Of a DNA stretch of 64,000 bases, positions 12,235-22,297 are shown piece by piece; the first letter of the stretch is position 1; every line of letters starts with the position of its first letter. Source of the stretch: Epithemia pelagica (lineage: Eukaryota; Protista; Bacillariophyta). Below the pieces are notes generated by a model, which was given only the letters and a program-made list of their open reading frames with translations, was not told the origin of the DNA and made no database searches. The stretch covers positions 2,480,001 through 2,544,000 of the forward strand of contig OX337236.1 in assembly GCA_946965045.2 (NCBI GenBank), in the 5' to 3' direction. A program made the position numbers and the translations under genes.

Positions 12235-14100
12235 GGCTAAACATGCTTGATTGCATCAGAGATTCGTCCGCCTGAAAGGACAAATTTGCCTGTGCCATGC
12301 TAGCGTCAAGTGCAGACGCAGCTCCTTCGTTTGAATCGTTACTGGCGTGCTCCTGTGCATCTGCCCGATTTCCTTTGCTATTATTGTTTGGATAGGTGGT
12401 GTTTGTTGAGGTCGAAGTAAGTTCTTCACGTATTTCCGCCATCGCAGCCTTGAGAAGAGCTTTGAAATCCATTTGCTCTTGTACGGAGACGGTGGGATTG
12501 CGAGCCTTCTTTTGCTCTTCAATGAATTGCTTAAACTGATCCTTCAGCTCGCGAATTTCGCGGGTGAGTTTATCGTTTTCAAGTTTAAGCTTGTCGTAGT
12601 CGTCCTGTGTAATTTGGCTCTGGGCCTCTTCTGTCTTCTGTCCAGCCACGACAGTTTTAATTTGGATAGGGCAAACCCAGGCTTGAGCCACCGGTGCCGA
12701 ATCAGACGGGGGGTTCATGCAGTCGTCATCATCTGCGTTATATAGGGAACTGCAAGCAGACATATATGTTTGAAAGGAGCTAGCCCGTGATTCATCATCA
12801 TCATCGTCCTCATCAAATTTGTTTTTCTTGAAAGCCAACCTGGGAAGAAATGTGTAGCCGGTCTGGATTGTGTTTGCTTCACAAACTTCGTCACTCCATT
12901 TGGTCAAATTCTCTTTGATCTCTGTAACGACTTGACTGAAGTGGAGCATGTCGGTGTGAATACTCCACCTGCCTTTTTCAGCTGTGTTTCTGTGTTTAGT
13001 AACTCCGCAAACTCCTGCAATGCTAGTAATGCGCGAGCGCATTCCGTACCAGAGCATACTGACGAGAGGCCTTCAATAGGAACTATTCGGCATTTCTTGA
13101 GGTAAGAGTTTTGTCGGAGAATGGCGCGTCTGTATGTGTCAGGATTCGAGTGTCGAACTCGATGGAACATGAAGGGTGGATTCTCATTGAACGTCGTGGA
13201 GAGTAGCTCGATCATTTCTCTAGCCTCTTGTTGACGGCATTGGAGATCGAAGGTCTTGGTTGAGAAGCGATTATCATCTTCATCCACGAGGAATGGAGAA
13301 GAGAAACCACAACGGAACTTAGGTATTTTCTTCAAGGAAGTACCGGTATTTTCGAAAATCTGTTTCCTGACCCATTCTTCCATGTCTTCGTGTAAGATAT
13401 TGCTAGGGTCGAAGCCCACAAAGAAACCAATGTTAGAGATGCGAATTTCATCTTCGCTCCAACCATGCACTGTCATTTTGGCACGGCCTTGTGAGAGGAT
13501 ATGAAAGATAGTGTTATGGCGCCTGATATGGCTCACAGGGATGCGAGATCGGATGCGGTGAACAACAATGTAGATCGGAGAACGGTTCTTGTCAGCATTG
13601 CCCTTGGAAAAATGTAGGTTAAAGTTGCGTAAGTAATCGTTGTAGTTCAGGATGGTCTTGATTTTCTTGGGATTGAGGACTTCACCGTGGTTGTTGTACA
13701 GGGTGTACAGGATGATCTCTGGAAACACTTGAAGCATTGCTTGGAGAATAGCGTAGTGGTTCTTGGCGACGTTGGTGTTTTTACTTGCCTTGGGGCGGAA
13801 AAGAAACTTGAGGGTGTATTCCTTCTCTTCTCCTTCATAAGGAATCGCCTGATTGTCGATAGTCTGAGTGTTAGTGCTTGCATCGTCCTCCATGTTGTCA
13901 GTAGAGGTTGCCGTCGTCGTAGAAGGTTCCGTCATTGTCACCGTGGACAGAGGTGCTTTCGCACGTAGAGTTCAGTACTGAAGCTACTGAAATTTCAAAA
14001 ACCAATGCGCGAAGGGGTCCTTTCACTTTCGCCTGATCTTGAAATTATACTACACTATCTACAAGTTTGAACTGTACGGGTGAAAGTTATTCGCTTATGA
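10745..14100 (-). mobile_element. Non-LTR retrotransposon (LINE) with ORF1 and APE endonuclease, truncated at its 3' end; 5' limit approximate
   Basis: ORF1 followed by ORF2 overlapping it by 20 nt. ORF2 stops before any RT motif. Confidence 0.85.
12215..13935 (-). pseudogene. LINE ORF1 with a frameshift near 13060
   Basis: ORFs 12904-13941 and 12215-13057 overlap at ...IVPIEGLSS/MLWYG... and one missing base joins them. Coiled-coil segment near the C-terminus; lies directly upstream of ORF2. Confidence 0.7.
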
Positions 14101-14562
14101 GTCGTTGATGGTGTAGCTCCATATACCTTCTTATGCTCCAGCTCCAACTCCAACTCAATCTCGTGAGCAAAAACCGCATCGTCCTCTACATCTCTATCGG
14201 AGTCGGAGTAATAGGAAAGAGATCATTATCATCTTCTATCGTTGTCTTGAGAGGATGCCTAAAAGACCACTGGCCACTGGGTGCAATGTAGTCTGAGGTC
14301 TGTGAGTTCTGAGGCCTGCTCCATTGTCGATTGTCGTAGATATTTGTCGGGGACAACAAGAATTCAGAACTTCAAGAACGAGTTTCTGTGCGCGCGTGGC
14401 GTTACTTCTAGAACGCACCAGCACCATCACTGCATACGCGCCATATGCTCGCGAGCCTGTCGCATGATTTGGCGCGACGGAAGCACCTCGTCGGTCGTCG
14501 GCTTCATTTCCATCCAACATTCTTTCGAAGACGAAAATCAAGCCACCCTTGCCCATTGTCCC

Positions 14563-17500
14563 ATGAGCCACATGAGCCGTACCCCTGGCTCATGCAAAGA
14601 GGCACAGCCGAGAAAAGCGGCATCTTCCTCCACAGCAACGTTTTATGAGGAAATTTACCCCAAACTTCGTCCCTTTCAACGGGAAGCAGTTGAATTTGCC
14701 ACCAAAGGAACGCCCTATCGACGATTTGGCAACAAGAAAACCACGGAGGAAAACAACAGCAACAGTAGTAGGCGGAACAGCCGGAAAAAGTCTGTAACCA
14801 AGGAGCGTGAATCTCAACAAGATGAGCTGGAAAACTCCTCGGTGCACGACACGCAGCTGTCTCATCAGGACCGTTCAGTGCTTGGAACGGGCCGCATTTT
14901 GTTGAGCGATGAAATGGGTTTGGGCAAAACCGTGACCGCCTTGGCCATTGCCTCGTATTATTACGCACAAGATGTTACAGAATGGCCCTTGTTGATCCTG
15001 TGTCCGGCCAGTTTACGCTTCACGTGGCCGTCGGAAATGGAAACCTTTTGGCCTCGTTCGTTGAACCCATCCCATGTTCATGTCGTGGCTGGATTTTCCG
15101 ATGTTTCGTGGATGGACCGTCTGGCGCCCCGGGGACCCATTAAGATTGTCATTTTGACCTATTCCCTGATGCAACAACGATCGGCTGTGGCACAGTGTTT
15201 GTTACAACACGCACAAGAACGCAATCGACGAAAAGAACAACTCCTCAAGAACAAGAAGCAACCGAAACAGAAACGAACTATCAACAACAATGATGAAATG
15301 ACAACGCAGCAACAAAACGTCTACTTTCCCACCATTATTGCGGATGAATCGCACAACTTGAAACAACGCGATTCGCAACGCACTCAACTGATCGTGCCCC
15401 TGTTGCGGGCCAGTCAACGACTGTTGCTCTTGTCCGGAACGCCAGCCTTGGCCCGTCCGGTAGAATTGTTTCCCCAACTCCACGCCCTGGCTCCCAATCT
15501 GTTTGGTCCCACCTTTAAAGACTTTGCCGACCGGTATTGTGCTCCTCAGAAAACATGGATTCATGCACGAGGACGAAAATTTCCCAAATGGGATTATACC
15601 GGTGCTTCTCACTTGGAGGAATTACATACAAAGCTTCAAATGGTCATGGTGCGGCGACTCAAACAAGACGTGTTGGCTGAGTTGCCACCGAAACAACGAT
15701 CCGTTGTTCGCGTGACAATGTCCAGTGGCGAAGAAGCCAAGGAGTGTCGGCAAGCCATGAAGCAAGTGCGTGAGAGTAAGCAACAAGTTCGATTTGGAGA
15801 TGCTTCCTCTTGGGAATCCAAGCAAGCTTTGATGCAAGCCTATCAAACCACGGGGATTGGCAAGGCAGCGGCCGTAAAGGACTATTTATTGGATTGGCTC
15901 GATGGAAGCACGGGAAAAATTGTTGTCTTTGCCCATCACACCAAAGTGTTGGACCACATTGAATCGGCCTTGTATCGACGACAAGGAGGAGCTGGTAGCC
16001 GTCCGAGCACTAGTAGTACCAGCCGCAAAGGAGGATCGACGCAACAACCACCAAAATCACGGGTAACCTACCACATTCGCATTGATGGTACGGTTCCCAG
16101 CAACGAACGACATGCGTTGGTGCGGCAATTCCAGACGCAACCGCAAACGCGAGTGGCGCTCTTGTCCATGACAGCCGCCGGGGTAGGCTTGACCTTGACA
16201 GCAGCATCCACTGTCTTGTTTGCCGAGTTGCATTGGACACCAGGAGTCTTGGCCCAGGCCGAAGATCGAGTTCATCGATTGGGACAAAGGCAAACCTCGC
16301 AAATCGTCTATTGCCTTTGTCAAGATGCGGAACTCAGTTTGGATCCTTTCCTTTGTGACATGCTGGGACGCAAAATGGATACTTTACAAAAAGTGGTAGA
16401 TGGTGGTGGTAGCTCCGCTGTCCCAAGCCAAGAAAGGAGGACCAAGACATCGTTTCTTTCGCACGAAGCCAACCATGTGGCTGAATCAGTGGACAGCGAA
16501 AAACAGTTGGAATCAGATTGCCCTCAAAGTGGACAAGAAGAGGTGACGCATTTCTTTGCCAATCTCAATAACCAATCTAAAGGGCGAAATGAAGGCAAAA
16601 AACGTGTTGTGCGAGGATCGATTGAAAGTTTCTTCCTCTCGTCCTCTAAACAACAAGGAACAAAAACACCGACCACAAACGTTGGTAAGAACAGCCCGAC
16701 GAATTCATCATCAGCAGGTGAAAAACTTTCCCTGAACCAGGAAGCTCCTGATGGTAACTCGACGTCACAACTCAGTGACACCCAGCCATTACATCCCATG
16801 TGGATATGTGAAAAATGCACTTTTGCGGAAAATTCTCCGCAGGACAGTAAATGTGGTATTTGCAACGAGCCGCGTTCACTGCAAAAGAAAAGCCAAATGG
16901 GTCTCTCCAACAAGGATATCCCTTCACCTAAGATTGTTGAATGGAGTTGTGCATCCTGCACCTTTGTCAATCGTGCATCTCGTTCTACAGAGGATATTTA
17001 CCAATGCGAAATGTGCGGGGAAGCTTATTCGTTGTGGCAAGACAAACCTGACGAAACCAACCAGCCAGAATCGGTGCCTACTCTGCCGTCTACCTCCTTT
17101 GTAACTCCCACACCTAGGGGCAGAAAGAGACCATGTCCGCAATCTACCGTTTCGAAGGCTGGAACTAGCAATCAAGTCATAAGTCTACTTGAGAGTGATG
17201 ATGATAATGAAGAGAGCGAAAATGAGTTCATCGAAGTGAAAGGCTCTCCTGATGTGATTGTGATTGAAGACAGTCCTCCACCGGCGGCGAAACGGGCTCG
17301 GCCAAGCCAAGGTGCGAGTAGAATAGCAACACCGAGAGACTACGCCTGGGTCTTTGCTGTTTCCAAGAACACTGGACGCATCTCCATATACCATCGAGAA
17401 CCAGAGATATCTACAAACGTTAACTTTGATGTCCACGATGTCTTGTCGAGCGAATCTGGCGAAGATTTGGATTCGCGGCAATCGCGAAACTTGGGGCAAA

Positions 17501-18477
17501 AACGAAACCTTCAGGTTTCCTTTTCAGACAAGGGTGTAAATAAGATTTGCGATTCGGTCCAGGACGACAATCAGGGTACCGCTGCACGATCGTTGACGGA
17601 AAGGACTCAGCTAGTGTCGGATATAAAATCCTTTGTGACTGGTTATTTGCGGTTACGAGCGGTGGAGCAACAAACCATCAAGGCCGTTGGAACACCCTTC
17701 CCTCCGCACGGCTTGTCCCAGGCTGTGGCTGCTGCAACAGTGCGGAACAAATCCTCTTCTATGCACGATTCCCAGCAGCAGGCGGGCACCTCCACCACAG
17801 AGCGTTACACGGGAGGTGTCAAAGAGCGAGCGTACGAAAAACAAGAAAAGGGACTCCCGCTTTCGGAAGAAGAACATAATGTCCTGGATGGAACGGCCTG
17901 CGCTTGGTGTGGAAGGCGTCTTTCCAGGGCACACCAAAAGGCAGAAGCCACCTATTGTAGTCAAGAGTGCGCCCAAGAGGGCCGTTTGCGACGGGGTGGC
18001 AAGTTTGCCTCCAATCATTTGCGCACTGCCATGTTTGCCTTGGAAGGCGGAGTCTGTACAGTTTGTGGCATTGATGCCCATGCGCTTTACGAACAAATTC
18101 TGTGTTTGCAGCCGGCCGAACGACTCAATCGATTGTTGGATGCCAATTGGCGGCTCCCGCGTAGTTGCAAGGCACGGGACAACTTGTTTCAAAATCCCAA
18201 GGAAGGCGATTTTTGGCAAGTCGATCACATTCAGGCGGTTGCGGAGGGTGGAGGAAGTTGTGGATTGGACAATCTGCGAACCCTGTGCGTGCCTTGTCAT
18301 GCCAAGGAGACGGAGAAACTACGGTCCCGAATGAAGCTGCAAGGACCTCCACCGAATCCTGGGGGCGGTACATTGTCACAGTCGACGGGTACGAGTGACA
18401 GCAGCAGCAGCAGCGGTAAGAAACGAAAGCAGATCGACATTCGATCGGCATTCTTTGCTTCGAAAAAGTATGGTTAA
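14563..18477 (+). CDS. ZRANB3: ZRANB3-like SNF2 translocase with RanBP2 zinc fingers and C-terminal HNH endonuclease
   Basis: LSDEMGLGKT, IIADESH, LLLSGTP, RIDG, QAEDRVHRLGQ; two WxCxxCT zinc fingers; WQVDHIQAVAEGGGSCGLDNLRTLCVPCH; PIP-like motifs (SIESFF, IRSAFF). First ATG in frame taken as start. Confidence 0.92.
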   Translation: MSHMSRTPGSCKEAQPRKAASSSTATFYEEIYPKLRPFQREAVEFATKGTPYRRFGNKKTTEENNSNSSRRNSRKKSVTKERESQQDELENSSVHDTQLSHQDRSVLGTGRILLSDEMGLGKTVTALAIASYYYAQDVTEWPLLILCPASLRFTWPSEMETFWPRSLNPSHVHVVAGFSDVSWMDRLAPRGPIKIVILTYSLMQQRSAVAQCLLQHAQERNRRKEQLLKNKKQPKQKRTINNNDEMTTQQQNVYFPTIIADESHNLKQRDSQRTQLIVPLLRASQRLLLLSGTPALARPVELFPQLHALAPNLFGPTFKDFADRYCAPQKTWIHARGRKFPKWDYTGASHLEELHTKLQMVMVRRLKQDVLAELPPKQRSVVRVTMSSGEEAKECRQAMKQVRESKQQVRFGDASSWESKQALMQAYQTTGIGKAAAVKDYLLDWLDGSTGKIVVFAHHTKVLDHIESALYRRQGGAGSRPSTSSTSRKGGSTQQPPKSRVTYHIRIDGTVPSNERHALVRQFQTQPQTRVALLSMTAAGVGLTLTAASTVLFAELHWTPGVLAQAEDRVHRLGQRQTSQIVYCLCQDAELSLDPFLCDMLGRKMDTLQKVVDGGGSSAVPSQERRTKTSFLSHEANHVAESVDSEKQLESDCPQSGQEEVTHFFANLNNQSKGRNEGKKRVVRGSIESFFLSSSKQQGTKTPTTNVGKNSPTNSSSAGEKLSLNQEAPDGNSTSQLSDTQPLHPMWICEKCTFAENSPQDSKCGICNEPRSLQKKSQMGLSNKDIPSPKIVEWSCASCTFVNRASRSTEDIYQCEMCGEAYSLWQDKPDETNQPESVPTLPSTSFVTPTPRGRKRPCPQSTVSKAGTSNQVISLLESDDDNEESENEFIEVKGSPDVIVIEDSPPPAAKRARPSQGASRIATPRDYAWVFAVSKNTGRISIYHREPEISTNVNFDVHDVLSSESGEDLDSRQSRNLGQKRNLQVSFSDKGVNKICDSVQDDNQGTAARSLTERTQLVSDIKSFVTGYLRLRAVEQQTIKAVGTPFPPHGLSQAVAAATVRNKSSSMHDSQQQAGTSTTERYTGGVKERAYEKQEKGLPLSEEEHNVLDGTACAWCGRRLSRAHQKAEATYCSQECAQEGRLRRGGKFASNHLRTAMFALEGGVCTVCGIDAHALYEQILCLQPAERLNRLLDANWRLPRSCKARDNLFQNPKEGDFWQVDHIQAVAEGGGSCGLDNLRTLCVPCHAKETEKLRSRMKLQGPPPNPGGGTLSQSTGTSDSSSSSGKKRKQIDIRSAFFASKKYG

Positions 18478-18868
18478 CTATAGCTTTTGATGAAGTACCC
18501 CATTCCTTGTTTAAGGAGTACCTGAGTCCCTACGGATGAAAGGAGCTTGGAGCCTCTCTTGTACTTCCAACTAGGTAGAGAGCATGGGGTCGACTACCTA
18601 CCCTGGTCTAGCTATGGCTTCTTGGGGCATTGGGCAGGTAGCAAAAATGCGTCATTGTCGCCGTTTCTCATTTAAACCTACTCGAGCGTTGCGAGTTTTT
18701 TAGGGCCTGCGTGCTTGGACGTTGTCCTGGATGGCGTTTTTTGAATGAATCTCCAAAGAGTCAACCATCGATTGAATCGGTATCCTCCTTGTTGTCTCTG
18801 TGGCGTGAAGGCTGGTTTCTGGGATATCGCAAACTGAACTTGTTGGTGCCATCCTTCAAGACGATATC

Positions 18869-21151
18869 ATGTCGGCAGCAGACGTTATTGTGCCTCTCAA
18901 TGACAACAATCAAGCAAGTTTGAACCCTGCTGTTACCACCGAAAACGCCGAGACCGAAACCAACGACTTGTTGGCAGTGGAAGAAAAAAAGACCCATTAC
19001 GATACAAGTCCTACCATTACCAAGAGTAGTATGAAGACGGCAGCTACCAAGAACTCTGAGGGATCGCTTTCCTCCCTTGCTGCATCCACAACCACATCTT
19101 CGGGAGACAATGATGGTCTCAAGACCATTTTTCAAAAGGAATTGTCCATGATGTCTGTGGATCGATACTATCAAACCTTTTGGGCGGACGACTCTGTTTC
19201 CTTTTTGGAATCGTGGCTAGTGGGTGATGGGAAGAAGGAGGTCGTGGTGGGTTCCTGGACGACATCATCATCATCACAAGATGATCCCATTGTGAATCCG
19301 TACGATCAGGAAGCATACGATCAGGTCCGCACAGTCACGTATTCTTACCATCGATCTACGACGTCCTTGTCTCCCGTGTCGGTGACTATGACTCAATATT
19401 GTCGTCGCATGGGTCGTTCGTCGTGTATGGTGGCATCGACCACTCAATTTGCGGGCGGCATGCCCTATGCCAAAGCCTTGACAGTGCACACTCGTTGGGT
19501 TGCGAGTCGACAAGAGCGGGTGAGTCTTCGAATTCAAGTAGGATTGAACGTCATGGTTTCCGAATCGGTTTTGGCGGCTGGTCCAATCAAGGCGTCGACC
19601 GTGCAGGAAATGACACAAGCGCAATTGAGTCTCTTTCGAACCATGAAGAAAGCGACCGCGGCGGCTGCCGAGGCAAGTCCTTCCGATACTGCTGTTGCGG
19701 CTCCTACTACGACTTCGGTTCCAGCCACCACCATTTTGACCAGCCGAAAGCCCAAAGTGACGAACCCTCTACTTCAACGAGGAATTGGGATATGTTTTCC
19801 ATTTGCACCTGCGGCACTGTCGAGCCAGACCGAAGCGCAACTGCAGCTGAACGAAGCCCGAACCAAGTTGGAACGAGTTCGTGAATTACCCCTCAAGACA
19901 AGTTCTGGTCAAGAACTTGACCAACAACGCCAGTACCTCGAGGCCGAATTGGAGACTGTGCATCAAGCCCTTGATGCAATTTTGCTGCGCAAGTACAAGA
20001 CGGAGCACAAGAGGAATCTAGAACAGGAATCCATCGCCGATGACGAGGAAGAGGCGTCTGCCAATGAGTTGATGGTGGTCAAAGTCTTGTCTCAAATGGG
20101 GAAAGGAATTCAGTCCTCATGGGATATGGCTATGCGCAAGATGAACCATGGTCGTGTCCAGGTTCGAGATCCGTCTCAGTTTGTCCAACCGAATGGCGCC
20201 GACACGCAAAACACATTCGAAAGGGACATGCCCTTGGATCAAATGGACCTGATTGTTTCGAGTTCTTTGTCTGGTGTTGATCTCCAAGACTTTTGCAACC
20301 TATTTTTGGAGGATAACACGCTTTACACCAATTGGCTCAGTCAAACGGGTCGTGACAACATTGAAATGAGTGTGTGGAAAAAACTGGACAGTGTCGACAC
20401 GTTTTCCGGGGAAACCTTTTCCTTTCGTCGATCTATTGCAGCAACCTTTGACAAGGCCCAGTTTTCGCAGGAAAAGGAGTCTTCTTCTTTGTCGGTGAAG
20501 TCAACTCAAACGCAAGAGCAACTGTACAAGATGCAGCAACAAAGCAAGAGGTTGGTCTGTACCACGTGCACCACCGTCTCCAACATTCCCTTTGCCGACT
20601 CCTTTGCGGTTCATACACGATGGGTTGTATCCCAAACAGGCCCATTCGAGCTCACCGTCAAGGTTGGTCTGGCCGTAGTGTTTGACAATGCCAGCAAGAA
20701 CACAGTTTTGTTGGAGTCCAAGATTCGCGCAGGAACCAAGAGAGAAGCACAGCGATGGCAAGTTGGTCTTTGGCTCAAGATTCGATCTGCTCTAGGTAAG
20801 GTCCATGCGGCACGAACATTGGCGCAAGAGATTCGTCTTGCCGAGTCCTTGACGGAAACTCCACGAGTCACAGATTTCATTGAGCTGCATTGGAAGGATT
20901 GCACACCTCGAGCCTTGGGTGACTTACTGGAGGCCGACGGAACGTTGCACGAGCAGTTTGAAAATGCCAAACTCAAATTGCGATCCGTCCAACGCCATGT
21001 CCATGATTGTCAAGACAATCAAGATGTGGAAGGATTGAAATTTGCCAAGAATGAATTGGCAGTGTTGATGGATGCCTTGGACAACATTTTGGAATGGCAC
21101 GGAGATTCGACGGATGGATCAAATGCACTGGTGGAAGCGGGCTTGTTTTAA
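18869..21151 (+). CDS. Protein with two VASt (StART-like lipid-transfer) domains
   Basis: Two repeats of the pattern ..W..(D/T)..R.V.Y/F..., GMPYAKALTVHTRWV and NIPFADSFAVHTRWV, each followed by a short coiled coil. Confidence 0.75.
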   Translation: MSAADVIVPLNDNNQASLNPAVTTENAETETNDLLAVEEKKTHYDTSPTITKSSMKTAATKNSEGSLSSLAASTTTSSGDNDGLKTIFQKELSMMSVDRYYQTFWADDSVSFLESWLVGDGKKEVVVGSWTTSSSSQDDPIVNPYDQEAYDQVRTVTYSYHRSTTSLSPVSVTMTQYCRRMGRSSCMVASTTQFAGGMPYAKALTVHTRWVASRQERVSLRIQVGLNVMVSESVLAAGPIKASTVQEMTQAQLSLFRTMKKATAAAAEASPSDTAVAAPTTTSVPATTILTSRKPKVTNPLLQRGIGICFPFAPAALSSQTEAQLQLNEARTKLERVRELPLKTSSGQELDQQRQYLEAELETVHQALDAILLRKYKTEHKRNLEQESIADDEEEASANELMVVKVLSQMGKGIQSSWDMAMRKMNHGRVQVRDPSQFVQPNGADTQNTFERDMPLDQMDLIVSSSLSGVDLQDFCNLFLEDNTLYTNWLSQTGRDNIEMSVWKKLDSVDTFSGETFSFRRSIAATFDKAQFSQEKESSSLSVKSTQTQEQLYKMQQQSKRLVCTTCTTVSNIPFADSFAVHTRWVVSQTGPFELTVKVGLAVVFDNASKNTVLLESKIRAGTKREAQRWQVGLWLKIRSALGKVHAARTLAQEIRLAESLTETPRVTDFIELHWKDCTPRALGDLLEADGTLHEQFENAKLKLRSVQRHVHDCQDNQDVEGLKFAKNELAVLMDALDNILEWHGDSTDGSNALVEAGLF

Positions 21152-22297
21152 TAAAATCCAAGTAGTAGGAGTAGTTGTTGTTGTTCCAAGAAGATAATAG
21201 AGTGTCGTTTCGCGTAGTCACACTCAAAACCACAATCTATTCTTAGTCAACGGGAATGCCTACCTTGGCGCAAAAGTTGGTATGGAAGACTCTATTCCTA
21301 GGAATAAGTGATTGATTCGTGGCGCGGAAATCTCTCCAACCATCCTGTTTCAGTAGCACCTTGCGCTTTTCTCAATAGACTCTCTTTCATACTATTGGTA
21401 GAATTGGTTTTGCTGATCATGCAGTCTTCGTGTCGAACTGGTCAAGTCATCACAGTTTGGTCTGTTCTGGTTTTGGACGGTCGATCCGGGGGGTTGAACC
21501 ATAGGAGCCTCGATACACACCTCCCTCCATCTACATGGCAGACTGATGATTACGGTATAAAGGAATAATAGTTGCACCCAGCCCTTTTCACCATGGTAAT
21601 TGGAAATTGGAAATACAAAATTGTGACGGTCGAGTGAGTATTTACACCCTAGATGGGATTAGGGTATAAAGTGAGCCCCTCCTGTTGCAAATATTTCGTT
21701 AAAACGTCGAGAATTCGAACCAGTTTCTGTATGACATCTGTTCCAAAAGTCTGACACAGATCTTTCCGCGACGGGTGTCTGACGCCAAGAGTGTCAACTC
21801 TTGCAAAAACGACGATGGTGCCATGCGGTGTGAAGGAAACGAACGTGTAGTACACAAACGACCACAAGAGGACAAGTGAAGTCGAGACACCCAAATTTCC
21901 ACGAAAGACACGAGGCCATCAACTGCCACTCTAGAATTTCGAATTCATCAAAACAATTGCTGTTTTTTTGTTCTATCATCAGGTGTCTTCTTCTTTTTCA
22001 TTGCTGAAGACACCAAGACAACCCAAAGAGGCAATCGCTGTGGCACAGCTTTGCGATTTTTGGGTGTCCTTGCGATTTCTCTTGCTCACCCTTAATTACT
22101 TCAAGATCATAGCGGCGTACCGGGTTTTAACAGAAATAGCAGGAAGGCGAAATCTAGAATCAAGTGTGGGTGTGGTTGTGACGATCCTGGGTGGCATCTT
22201 TGCAACAAAGCAGCTTTAGTTGTATTGGCCGGTTTGGAGTGAATTCTTAGTGTTTGGTGTTCTCTCCAGTTTCATCGGTGAAATCGACGAGAGCAAG

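Noticed and set aside
14281-14562. N-terminal extension of the ZRANB3 ORF from a GTG start
   Set aside because: Non-ATG start with a non-protein-like composition; first ATG at 14563 preferred.
21300-22220. Short ORFs between the VASt and patatin genes (e.g. 21649-21894)
   Set aside because: No convincing start, splice partner or motif. The same applies to ORFs at 25800-26700 and 27890-28800.
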